From positions 1 through 58,666 of the forward strand of contig NIVC01004131.1 of the NCBI GenBank assembly GCA_002269645.1: DNA of 58,666 nucleotides, written 5' to 3'. This DNA is from Macrostomum lignano. Its lineage: Eukaryota. The notes under the pieces were generated by a model, which saw nothing but the letters and a program-made list of their open reading frames with translations, ran no database searches and was not told the origin of the DNA. Positions 38,110 through 48,867 of the stretch are shown here, one piece after another (the first letter of the stretch is position 1; each line of letters opens with the position of its first letter). A program made the position numbers and the translations under genes.

Positions 38110-38820
38110 CATCATTTTCAGAATCGGTGTTGTCAGCGTTCATTTTGGCGCCGTAGGCACTCATTTTAGCGCCGCAGGCACTCATTTTGGCGCCGCAGGC
38201 ACTCATTTTGGCGCCGCAGGCACTCATTTTGGCGCCGCATGCACTCATTTTAGCGCCGCAGGCACTCATTTTGGCGCCGCAGGCACTCATTTTGGCGCCG
38301 CAGGCACTCATTTTAGCGCCGCAGGCACTCATTTTAGCGCCGCAGGCACTCATTTTAGCGCCTCAGGCACTCATTTTAGCGCCGCAGGCACTCATTTTAG
38401 CGCCGCAGGCACTCATTTTGGCGCCGCAGGCACTCATTTTGGCGCCGCATGCACTCATTTTGGCGCCGCAGGCACTCATTTTAGCGCCGCAGGCACTCAT
38501 TTTAGCGCCGCAGGCACTCGTTTTAGCGCCACAGGATCTCATTTTAGCGCCAGAGGCACTCATTTTGGCGCCGCAGGCACTCATTTTGGCGCCGCAGGCA
38601 CTCGATTGGGGGGACAAAGCATCGGCATGTCCCCCAGTAGCTTTTACTGGGGGGGGACATGTCCCCCAGTAGCTTTTACTGGGGGGGGGCATGTCCCCCA
38701 GTAGCTTTTACTGGGGGGGGACATGTCCCCCAGTAGCTTTTACTGGGGGGGACATGTCCCCCAGTAGCTTTTACTGGGAGGGGGCATGTTCCCCCTGTCC
38801 CTCCGGTGGCGACGCCCCTG
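38110..38820 (-). mobile_element. Second copy of the CAGGGGCGTCGCCA hAT-type MITE, with expanded internal 21-bp and about 31-bp arrays
   Basis: TIR ...TGGCGACGCCCCTG ends at 38820. The arm matches 4693..4770 (CAGTAAAAGCTACTGGGGGACATG) and the 21-mer GGCGCCAAAATGAGTGCCTGC matches 10740..10820. The other TIR was not found. Confidence 0.75.
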
Positions 38821-39264
38821 AACAGCATCGCACTCTGGTGCACAAAACCAATGAAGCGAGCGGAACGCATCGAGAACGCGGAAGTCTGGATGGCAAAGCA
38901 GAGCAAGACACCCGTCAGCTGAATAAGGACAGGCAATTTCTGGCATTGCACAGTCGCTGATAGAAAAGTCGTGACCAAGGAAATGGAAAACGGCGAAATT
39001 GCTCAACCTGAGAAATTCGGTAACGGTCTTAGCTGGACTCATTATTCATTCGCTAACTGGCACTGGGCAGACAGCAATTATTCTACTTAGTTGGCCCGCT
39101 GAGCAACTCAACTGAACTTCCATTTTTCCAGCTCGGCTCGCACGCCAGTTTTCAGGTCAAACCTGCGAAACTCGCATGGTTGAAGTCTGCGGCCACAGTT
39201 GCCTCTCCGCTCTCGGCGTCAAGGAAGAACTACGTTTGTTATAATAGAATCGAAATTGGGAATT

Positions 39265-39870
39265 CCAGTAGAATCTGTGAGACTCCAGTAGAATCTGTGA
39301 GACTCCAGTAGAATCTGTGAGATTCCAGTAGAATCTGTGAGATGCCAGTAGAATCTGTGAGACTCCAGTAGAATCTGTGAGATTCCAGTAGAATCTGTGA
39401 GACTCCAGTAGAATCTGTGAGATTACAGTAGAATCTGTGAGATGCCAGTAGAAACTGTCATGACACGAGACTGAGATACCAGTAGAGACTATGAGATCAG
39501 ACTGTGAGATGCCAGTAGAGGCTATGAGATCAGACTGTGAGATGCCAGTAGAGGCTATGAGATCAGACTGTGAGATGCCAGTAGAGGCTATGAGATCAGA
39601 CTGTGAGATGCCAGTAGAGGCTATGAGATCAGACTGTGAGATGCCAGTAGAGGCTATGAGATCAGACTGTGAGATACCAGTAGAGACTATGAGATCAGAC
39701 TGTGAGATGCCAGTAGAGGCTATGAGATCAGACTGTGAGATGTCAGTAGAGACTATGAGATCAGACTGTGAGATGTCAGTAGAGGCTATGAGATCAGACT
39801 GTAAGGTGCCAGTAGAGACTATGAGATCAGACTGTGAGATGCCAGTAGAGGCTATGAGATCAGACTATGA
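39265..39870. repeat. Compound minisatellite: 20-bp (CCAGTAGAATCTGTGAGACT)n followed by 33-bp (CCAGTAGAGGCTATGAGATCAGACTGTGAGATG)n
   Basis: Period changes near 39470. Confidence 0.93.
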
Positions 39871-40589
39871 GATGCTAGTGAAGATTTATCACTCAAAGCG
39901 CAGTAATCAAAGTTTATCACTGAATTCTATTAATGCGTAGCTTAAGCTATTCAACGAAAAAAGCATTTTTAGCCATTAGTGCACATCGTTTGTCAAGAGT
40001 TGCTTCATTTAGAAGTAGGAAAATACTGCATTTATCACGGGTCGATACAAAAAACCGTTACGTTTGTAAAAAAAGCACCAATTTGTGGAGCGTTCAAAGA
40101 TGAGTTGTCTTAGCGATATTACTTGATATCGAAATTCGGTACCGAAGACTCGAACACTAATGAGCAAAAACTGATCGCTCACGTGCAGCAGCTCAGGTTG
40201 CCTTGGGCAACTGGGATACTGAGTTAGGAGAAACTCTGTCGTCTGACCTCGTACTGCATAATGCCAGGTGTTTTTTCAAGCCGGCTCTCAGTCCTCGCTT
40301 CAACTTTCTTTGAAAACAATTTTTTCATGGGATTTAGAATTGGATATTTTCCAGCTAGTTCGATGTCAACATGAGAAATCTTCAGTCGGGTTTTAAGAAA
40401 GGAATTTAAATTCGCACCAAAAAAGAAAAGCAAATAGAAGAAAATAGTAAAGCAACTAGTCAATTTTTTGGGGCGAATTTAATTCGAGATAATTTATCTA
40501 AAAAATCCAAACTAACTACTTAAAATACCACACAAAGAATTTATCGAGGCATCCAAGTCAATCTGTTAGCTGAGTCCATATTGACTCAG

Positions 40590-40910
40590 GGAAGGGGGCC
40601 GTGGCCCAGGTTCGATTCCCAGTGCAGTCAAATTAATTTGGGGCTAAATTGTAATCTCGGTTTGGCTATGCTTGTGCAATTAACGCCCTTGAGGCCCAAC
40701 CCCCAAGGCACAGTGAAGTGTACATGCCTAACGATAAATAAAGTTGGACCGCTGTACACTCCTGTGTGAGTGTGTGACTGCGCGTGTGACTGCGTACGTA
40801 TCCGCGCGCTTGTGTGCCTGCTCAGGGAAGTCGGCGGAATGGGCAGCAATGCCTCTCGCCGGTTGTGTGACAATGTCGCTTAAAGTGCGCCAGGGTGCAC
40901 CCAGCCTCCA
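40590..40910 (+). mobile_element. tRNA-derived SINE, copy 2
   Basis: B-box GGTTCGATTCCC at about 40608; body homologous to the copies at 21340 and 43047. Confidence 0.75.
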
Positions 40911-41370
40911 TATTAACTTAATTAAAAGTCCATCGTCACCCTGACTACTGTTCTCTATCAACTACTTATGAATATAGTAGGCAGATATTGCATCTCTATA
41001 ATAAACTAAAGCAAGAAATTCATTTTTAAAGTTTATATTAGCATTTATTTAATGTGGCCGTAATATTTGCCTCATAAACGACGTCTCATTGAAAAAAAAT
41101 AGATTTGGCAACCTGCTAGGAAATCAGAACACACTTCATTAAGATATAATGTTGATCATCGCAGAAAAAAATCAATTAACAAGCAAATAATGTAAAGACA
41201 GCAATCAGAAAATATTTTATGATTATTATTCGCTAAAATATCTTTTTAAGATCTAAAAGTGGACTTAGTGACAGAATGACACGATTATGGCCCTTTAAGT
41301 GTGAACCGAGGTCACTGACTTGTTTGGCGAGCTGTACAAACAGTCCCAGCTATAGGAATCAAGTTACTCT

Positions 41371-41498
41371 TCAGTAATCTTCCCACCCGGGCATGGGAAA
41401 GCGGCTGGCAAACGACTCAACTTCCTGTTTGAGCTCTCCGATGCGTCTCGCTGTCTCGGCGTCTTCGAGCACAAATTTTTTGAAGTCTTTCAGCGTCT
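41371..41498 (-). CDS. SHMT2: Serine hydroxymethyltransferase, exon 6 (terminal)
   Basis: (K)TLKDFKKFVLEDAETARRIGELKQEVESFASRFPMPGWEDY*; TTCAG acceptor. Confidence 0.92.
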
Positions 41499-41583
41499 CT
41501 GAAGACAAATGAGATCATTTTTATATCAGAGCCCCCCGAGACCAAGTGCAGATACTTCTAACAGCATGCACAAATTTACTTAC

Positions 41584-41691
41584 TTGTTTTAGATTTGGCG
41601 TGAATAGCAATGTCCACAGCTTTGTCGATAAAGTCTACAACGGCTTCGAAGTCTTTCTCAACAAGATTTCTCGTTGTCAGTGCCGGCGTGC
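41584..41691 (-). CDS. SHMT2: Serine hydroxymethyltransferase, exon 5
   Basis: (G)[35 protein letters not shown]; TTGCAG acceptor and GTAAGT donor. Confidence 0.93.
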
Positions 41692-41745
41692 CTGCAATGA
41701 TTTGGTGTGCGAAGTACACTGTGCGTTACACCTCTGCTCGCTTGC

Positions 41746-41800
<55 letters not shown>

Positions 41801-41847
41801 GTGTGTGTGTATCTGTCTGTCTGTCTGTCTGTCTCTGTGTGTGTGTA

Positions 41848-41880
<33 letters not shown>

Positions 41881-41911
41881 CAGTCTGTCTGTCTGTCTCT
41901 GTGTGTGTGTA

Positions 41912-41972
<61 letters not shown>

Positions 41973-42111
41973 GTGTGTGTGTATCTGTCTGTCTGTCTGT
42001 CTGTCTGTGTGTATCTGTCTGTCTGTCTGTCTGTCTGTGTGTATCTGTCTGTCTGTCTGTCTGTCTGTGTGTATCTGTCTGTCTGTCTGTCTGTGTATTT
42101 GTCTGTCTTAG

Positions 42112-42143
<32 letters not shown>

Positions 42144-42144
42144 G

Positions 42145-42178
<34 letters not shown>

Positions 42179-42200
42179 CTAATCTATCTATCTACCTATC
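41746..42200. repeat. (CTGT)n/(GT) compound microsatellite in SHMT intron 4
   Basis: Tetranucleotide run with interspersed GTGTGTAT. Confidence 0.95.
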
Positions 42201-42539
42201 TATCTATCGCTCGCTCTTTCTCTCTATCTACCATCTATTGCCAGGACCTGCACCGGAGCGGTTACGAAAATTAGATTTCTCGGTAGTTGCACGTACTCTT
42301 TTGCACTACTTGAGTAGTCAGATTTTCGTTCGGCATGGCTGGTTCCAGCAGTTAGTTCCTCTGGATAAAAGCGCTTACCGCGCCCATTGGCTTTCCAGCT
42401 GCCTTAATCGTTTCCGGTGATCTTGTGTGCGTGCTTTCAGCTTGATTGGCTGCGGCATCTATCTTTCTCGCTATCTACTATCTATCTATATATCTATCTA
42501 TCTATCTGTCACTAAGCCAAGCAACCAAACGCCGCCTAC

Positions 42540-42759
42540 CCAGCCGAATTCCGCCCGGCACCAGGGCGCTCTTATCGCCGGGCACAGTGTTTTTATTAAA
42601 GGTGATAGCGGCCAGTTCAGCAACCCGCTCAGCCCTGGCGCCGTCCACGCCTTTCGGCCGGAGATCGACGAGTAACAGGTGGCAGTCGGTGCCGCCGGTG
42701 ACTACGCTGTGGCCTTTGGCGATCAGCGCTCGGCTCATCGCTTGCGCATTGGCCAGGAC
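42540..42759 (-). CDS. SHMT2: Serine hydroxymethyltransferase, exon 4
   Basis: VLANAQAM...[26 protein letters not shown]...[19 protein letters not shown]; canonical splice sites. Confidence 0.95.
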
Positions 42760-42939
42760 CTGGGGTTTGGGGAAGAAAACGAGCCTAGGCATATTGATGC
42801 TTGATTCCCTCCCCGATTGTTAGGCTTTAAAAACGATTCATATTTCCTTTTGACTCTACTGACAGTAGCGAAGAATAGTACACAGAATCTAAAAAGATAA
42901 AATAGGGCGAAGATTTTGGGATAAAGGGTTGAAGGGTAC

Positions 42940-43330
42940 TGTGAATGAAGGGATGCAAGGTACAGTCTGAATGAAGGTATGCAGGGTACAGTCTGAATGA
43001 AGGGATGCAGGGTACAGTCTGAATGAAGGGATGCAGGGTACAGGCTCTGCTCGTGCAATTAACGGCCTTGAGAGCCAACCCCCCAAGACGCAGTGAAGTG
43101 TACATGCCAAACGATATTATTAAGTTAGTGCCGCTGTACACTCCTGTGTGAGTGTGTGCCTGCGTACGTATCCGCGCGCTTGTATGCCTGCTCAGGGGAG
43201 TCGGCGGAATGGGCAGTAATGCCTCTCGCCGGTTGTGTGCCTATGTCGCTTAAAGTGCGCCAGGGTGCACACAACCCCCTGCCTCTAATAAAATAAAATA
43301 AACAGTCTGAATGAAGGGATGCAAGGACAT
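42940..43330. repeat. 26-bp minisatellite (CAGTCTGAATGAAGGGATGCAGGGTA)n interrupted by a SINE, SHMT intron 3
   Basis: Units on both sides of the SINE insertion. Confidence 0.8.
43047..43302 (+). mobile_element. tRNA-derived SINE, copy 3 (5'-truncated)
   Basis: Homologous to 40670..40900; ends in a (TAAAA)n tail. Confidence 0.75.
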
Positions 43331-43372
43331 CCAGCACCAAGGACCAAGGGGTCAACCAAGGTCAAGCCGAAC

Positions 43373-43843
43373 CTGCTTGGCGTAAGCTTTGAACTCTGGC
43401 GAGCGAGCCTGCAGCGCCATGGCGGCGATGCCGGCAATAGCAGCTTCGTGCGGGCCGCCCTGCAGGCCGGGGAACACGGCGAAGTTGATTCGCTCCTCAA
43501 AGTTGTACTGTCTGGGCGCCTCTTTAGCCGACGCCGGAGGCCGTTCGCCGCGGCGATAGAAAATGACGCCGGCGCGAGGGCCGCGCAAAGACTTGTGCGT
43601 GGTGCTGGTGACAACGTCGGCAAATTCGAATGGCGAAGGAATAACGCCGGCGGCCACCAGACCGCTGATGTGGGCCATGTCGGCCATCAGGACGGCGCCG
43701 AGTTCGTCGCAGAGGCGCCGAAAACGCGCGTAGTCCAATAGGCGCGGATAGGCGGTGACGCCGGCTACAATTAGGCGAGGGCGAAACAGGCGAGCGGTCG
43801 ACTCCAGCTGCTCGTAGTCTAGCAGTCCGGTGCGCTGGTCCAC
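43373..43843 (-). CDS. SHMT2: Serine hydroxymethyltransferase, exon 3
   Basis: TGLLDYEQL...[15 protein letters not shown]...[19 protein letters not shown]...[14 protein letters not shown] (PLP lysine)...[11 protein letters not shown]. Confidence 0.97.
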
Positions 43844-43991
43844 CTGAGGGGGGCGACGGTTGGAAAGCCGATGAACACCTTTGATGGCCAACCGTCAGCG
43901 GCCGTCAGCGTCAATTTGATTGCCGTCAGCGCTGGTTGTGGGGTGATGTCACCCATAGCCCTCCTGCCCAACCTTAATTGTTATTACTAAC

Positions 43992-44268
43992 CTTGTATCC
44001 AAGCGATTCAAAGTACACAGAAGTGGCCGACACCCGCTTCTGCGGGCTGGCAAAGCCGTGGGTGAGGTGGCCGCCGTCGGGCAGGTCAAGGCCCATGAAT
44101 CTGTCGTGAGGCTTGAGGAGGCCGGTGTAGGCGGCGAAGTTAGCCGGACTGCCCGAGTACGGCTGCACGTTGACACCCCAGCGCTGGGGGTCGAGGCCGA
44201 AGCAGTCCAGCAGGCGGGACTGGGCCAGAAGCTCGATTCGGTCCACCACCTCGTTGCCGCCGTAGTAC
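43992..44268 (-). CDS. SHMT2: Serine hydroxymethyltransferase, exon 2
   Basis: (R)YYGGNE...[18 protein letters not shown]...[14 protein letters not shown]...[13 protein letters not shown]. Confidence 0.97.
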
Positions 44269-44329
44269 CTGCGGCGAGGAAAGGGAGGACTGCTGATGGA
44301 ATCGGGTTCTTAGCTGGTTCTATTGAAGA

Positions 44330-44820
44330 TAGCGGGGAGTTTAATGGTAGCCAGTGTGAGTTTAAAGGTAAACAGTGGGAATTTAATGGTAGACAGTGGG
44401 TTTAATGATGGCTAGCGGGGAGTTTAATCGTAGACATTGGGAGTTAAACGGTAGACAGTGGGAGTTGAATGGTCGCCTGTGGGAGTTTATGGGTAGCCTG
44501 TGGGAGTTTAATGATAGACAGTGGGAGTTTAATGGTAGCCAGTGGGAGCTTAATCGTAGACATTGGGAGTTAAACGGTAGACAGTGGGAGTTGAATGGTC
44601 GCCTGTGGGAGTTTATGGGTAGCCTGTGGGAGTTTAATGATAGACAGTGGGAGTTTAATGGTAGCCAGTGGGAGTTTAATGGTAGACAGTGGGAGTTTAA
44701 TGGTAGCCAGTGGGAGTTTAATGGTAGCCTGTGGGAGTTAAATGATAGACCGTGGGAGTGTATTGGTAGTTAACGTGGGTTTATTTAATTAGTAGATAGT
44801 AGGAGGTTAATGGTAGACAG
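44330..44820. repeat. 21-bp minisatellite (GGGAGTTTAATGGTAGACAGT)n in SHMT intron 1
   Basis: Tandem 21-bp period. Confidence 0.92.
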
Positions 44821-44878
44821 CGGGAGTTCAAGATAAACAGAGGAAGTGCCAGGGTAGGCAGCGGAAGGCGGGTCGCAC

Positions 44879-45120
44879 CTGGCACCCGGATATCCCTCAG
44901 CGTATTTGTTGGTCAGACAGGAGCCGGCGCACTGCATCACAGCCCGGCTAGTGAAATTCTCCGAGGCGATGAGCTCCAAGCCTCTGAATTGGCGTTGTTT
45001 CTCTTCTTGAATAAGCGACCACAGCTGCGGATCGCTAGTTGCTAGGGACTCTTGTCCGGTCCAGGCGGCCGTTGCTAGGCGACGAGCAGCCGGACGCATT
45101 AGAATGCGGCGCATTAGCAT
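44879..45120 (-). CDS. SHMT2: Serine hydroxymethyltransferase, exon 1, with Arg-rich mitochondrial-type presequence
   Basis: [18 protein letters not shown]...[32 protein letters not shown]...[12 protein letters not shown]. Six exons total 1446 nt, giving 481 aa. The mitochondrial assignment is inferred from the leader. Confidence 0.95.
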
Positions 45121-45184
45121 TGTTGATTATCGCGACAGCAATGCGGCGTTGGTTGATTGTCCAGCTAGGAGTGAACTTGGTGTC

Positions 45185-45665
45185 AATTGGTTTCAACCAA
45201 TCAGAATGAAGCTAGTCCACTATAGAAGTAAGATAGGTGTATATCGGTTTCAACCAATCAGAATGAATCTAGTCCATTATAGGAGTGAGGTTGGTGCCTA
45301 TTAGTTTCAACCAATTAGAATGAAGCTAGTCTATTTTTAGAGTGAGGTTGGTGTCTATTTGTTCAACCAATCAGAATGAAGCTGCTCCATTACAGGCCAT
45401 TACAGGAGTGAGGTTGGTGTCTATTGGTTCAACCAATCAGAATGAAGCTGGTCCATTACAAGAGTCAGGTTGGTGTCTATTGGTTTCAACCAATTAGAAT
45501 GAAGCTAGCATAACTAAGAGTGAGGTTGGTGCCTGTCGGTTTCAAGCAATTAGATTGAAGCTAGTCTAACCAAGAATGAGGTTGGTTTCTATCATTTTCA
45601 ACCAATCAGAATGAAGCTAATCAAATTAAGAGTTGAGGTTGGTGCAAATCGTTTTAGCCAATTAC
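45185..45665. repeat. 57-bp tandem repeat, most units carrying AACCAATCAG (CCAAT box)
   Basis: About 9 units starting about 65 bp upstream of the SHMT ATG. Confidence 0.9.
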
Positions 45666-46420
45666 TTTATACGAGTACATAGTACGTGGAACAGAAATAA
45701 TTTTGATGTTTCAATTCTAACTAATATAAGGCTTCTAGCCAAAATAAGATTACAATAGCTGAAAAAATGCAGGAAATTTGTGTACCCTTCGGTTAATCAT
45801 GTTCTCCATTGAATATTAGGCTACATTGAAACTCTTGTTAATCTAAAGAAATATAAGCATATAAACTCAATCTACTTGATTTTGTTATAATATGCAAAAA
45901 AGAACAGTAAGACAAACAAAATTTTTGTGAGCAATAGGTCTTTCTTAGATCGAACAAGCTAGCGTGTGCGGCCGTTGCTGCTTCTGCGGCAAAAGCAAAG
46001 CGTTTTACTATTTTATTTCAGACTTTTATTTAATTAGGCATCAATCAACGATTTGACATAAGCAGGTGACGCGCAGGTGCTGTGTGTGTGTATATATTTG
46101 ATTTTGTTTGACTAACAGGGAACAGACAGGTGTTGAAATTCGACATTGAAATATTTCAGTATATTTTTGACAGAAGACTGCTTTTGAAGTGGGAGAGTGC
46201 GCAACGAGTTAGACTATTACTACAGAAACTATATTACTAACAAGAGTGGATGTGTTAATTTTTTATAGATAGCTAAAATCTAATGCCTCGCCCACTTATA
46301 CAGGTAAACCAACATTGTAACGCAATTGGTTGCTAGGTAGTCATAAGTAGACGCTTTTGTTTTTGTTAATCTAAGCGCAAAATGGCAAAGTGTGTTCTTT
46401 TTTTCTCTTGAAATTTGCGC

Positions 46421-46573
46421 TCATTCGAACATGCCCTGCTCGGGGTGCACATACAGCTCGGGCTTATCGTAGCCCATCTCGTCGATGGAGCTGATGCCCA
46501 GCTCAGCAAGGGTTGGTTTGATCTGCTGCATCATCCAGGGCCAGATCACCTTCTCTTGGGTGCCGCACTTGAA
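46421..46573 (-). CDS. COX5A: Cytochrome c oxidase subunit 5A, exon 2
   Basis: FKCG...IWPWMMQQIKPTLAELGISSIDEMGYDKPEL...*; TTGCAG acceptor, phase 0. Confidence 0.93.
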   Translation of the reverse strand, partial: FKCGTQEKVIWPWMMQQIKPTLAELGISSIDEMGYDKPELYVHPEQGMFE

Positions 46574-47087
46574 CTGCAAGTAGAAAGCGAGGTGGTCAGG
46601 TGGCTTAGATAGCATGTATCTAGCGATGCAGATGTCGCTTACTAACGAGTAGCGAAACTAATTTTTATGCGAATATTGTCCAGTGCTTTCCAGATTAAAA
46701 CTGTACGCAGGTCAATAAGCATCATAGAGTCACGTGCGTCCTCTTAGAGTCGCTTCAGGCAACACAGGCAAAACAGGACAATAAGTGACTCTAAATAACT
46801 CTAAACCGACGAGATGTCACGGTACAAGTCGTCAAAGAGTCGCCTCACCCCAGAGCCGCTAGTGAATTGTACTTGCTACGACTGTTAAGCGACTTTTGTC
46901 ACGGTAACAAGTTCAATGTGTTTCTTAGTGAAATTCTTCTGGCATGGTAACTTTCCGCTACGAGAAAATCAGCCAATTCGTTAAAAAATGCTGTTTCCAG
47001 CTTTCGACAGGCAGGTATCATTGATCTATTTCAATGCTCAGGTCACCAGATTATTACCTATAGGGTGAGACTAACCGAAACTTTGAG

Positions 47088-47090
<3 letters not shown>

Positions 47091-47171
<81 letters not shown>

Positions 47172-47998
47172 GATTTATGAAGGCGTAAAAGTCGGAATTT
47201 ACTAAAAGTTCACGAGGCGAGCTGCTACCCGTGTCCTTGAGGCTCTTCCATGAGCTGCTACCCGTGTCCTTGAGGCTTTGCCATGAGCTGCTACCCGTGT
47301 CCTTGAGGCTTTGCCATGAGCTGCTACCCGTGTCCTTGAGGCTTTGTCATGAGCTGCTACCCGTGTCCTTGAGGCTCTTCCATGAGCCACTACCTGTGTC
47401 CTTGAGGCTCTTCCATGAGCCACTACCCATGTCCTTGAGGCTCTTCCATGAGCTGCTACCCGTGTCCTTGAGGCTTTGCCATGAGCTGCTACCCGTGTCC
47501 TTGAGGCTTTGTCATGAGCTACTACCCGTGTCCTTGAGGCTTTGTCGTGAGCTACTACCCGTGTCCTTGAGGCTTTGCCATGAGCTGCTACCCGTGTCCT
47601 TGAGGCTTTGTCATGAGCTACTACCTGTGTCCTTGAGGCTTTGCCATGAGCTGCTACCCGTGTCCTTGAGGCTTTGTCATGAGCTACTACCCGTGTCCTT
47701 GAGGCTTTGTCGTGAGCTACTACCCGTGTCCTTGAGGCTTTGTCATGAGCTACTACCCGTGTCCTTGAGGCTTTGTCATGAGCTGCTACCCGTGTCCTTG
47801 AGGCTCTTCCATGAGCCACTACCTGTGTCCTTGAGGCTCTTCCATGAGCCACTACCCGTGTCCTTGAGGCTCTTCCATGAGCTGCTACCCGTGTCCTTGA
47901 GGCTCTTCCATGAGCTGCTACCCGTGTCCTTGAGGCTCTTCCATGAGCTACTACCCGTGTCCTTGAGGCTTTGCTATGAGCTGCTACCCGTGTCCTTG

Positions 47999-48096
<98 letters not shown>

Positions 48097-48097
48097 C
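47091..48097. repeat. 33-bp minisatellite cassette (inverted relative to 12125..14376) bracketed by (TC)n runs, in the COX5A intron
   Basis: (TC)n 47091-47168, about 50 bp unique, 33-mer array 47213-48000, (TC)n 48001-48097. Confidence 0.95.
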
Positions 48098-48483
48098 GTT
48101 GCACTGTGCGCTCCGCAAATCTGTGCAATAGCCGATTGACTGTTAAGTTAATGTACATTTTTCTACTTTTATCGACTCCTTTTCGTCAAAATTAATTAAC
48201 AAAGTAACAAATTAAGTAAAGTAACAAAGTAACAAATTAACAAAATTAACAAAGCCTCAACATAAATAAATACTTCGTTTCCGATTCCTTATGAGCCTGA
48301 CGATGCCTGACGCGAGGCGAAACATGTCGCTTATCGAAAAATGCTAGCGCTCGCTTTTTTAGTTTTACTGTTTACTGTTTTACTGTTTGTCAAATTTGAG
48401 TAATTCGTAAACATGGAGTGTGCACTGTGCAACTTCTGTGGGTCAGAGGCTCAGCAGTGTGTAAAAAAAACAGCCAGACTCAC

Positions 48484-48798
48484 GCGAGTAGCCTCAAGGA
48501 AGCGAACAGCCAAGGCGTAGTCGTTGACACGCCGGCAGGCTTTGAGTGCGGCAGTGACAAGCTCAGGCTCGGGGACCAGATCCTCAGAGTACAGATCCTG
48601 CATAGCTTTGCGAATCACCCAGCCGTCTGATTGGGGATTGTTAAACATAGCCAAGTATTTGGCGTCAAACTCAGCCGGGGACAGTTTTGGCGCGTCGCTC
48701 AGCTGCCTGCTGACAACGCTGACGGCCGGCAGCGATGGCCTGGCAACTGAAACGCCTAATCTGAGCAGCTTGGCTGAGCTAGCGATTGCGCGGAACAT
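48484..48798 (-). CDS. COX5A: Cytochrome c oxidase subunit 5A, exon 1
   Basis: Mitochondrial presequence, then EFDAKY...DGWVIRKAMQDL...DLVPEPELVTAALKACRRVNDYALAVRFLEA; GTGAGT donor. Confidence 0.95.
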
Positions 48799-48867
48799 GG
48801 TGTAGGCTAGAGCATGAAATTGTGAATAAAAGCACTGATAGTGGTTGCAAATTATACATATAGCCCA

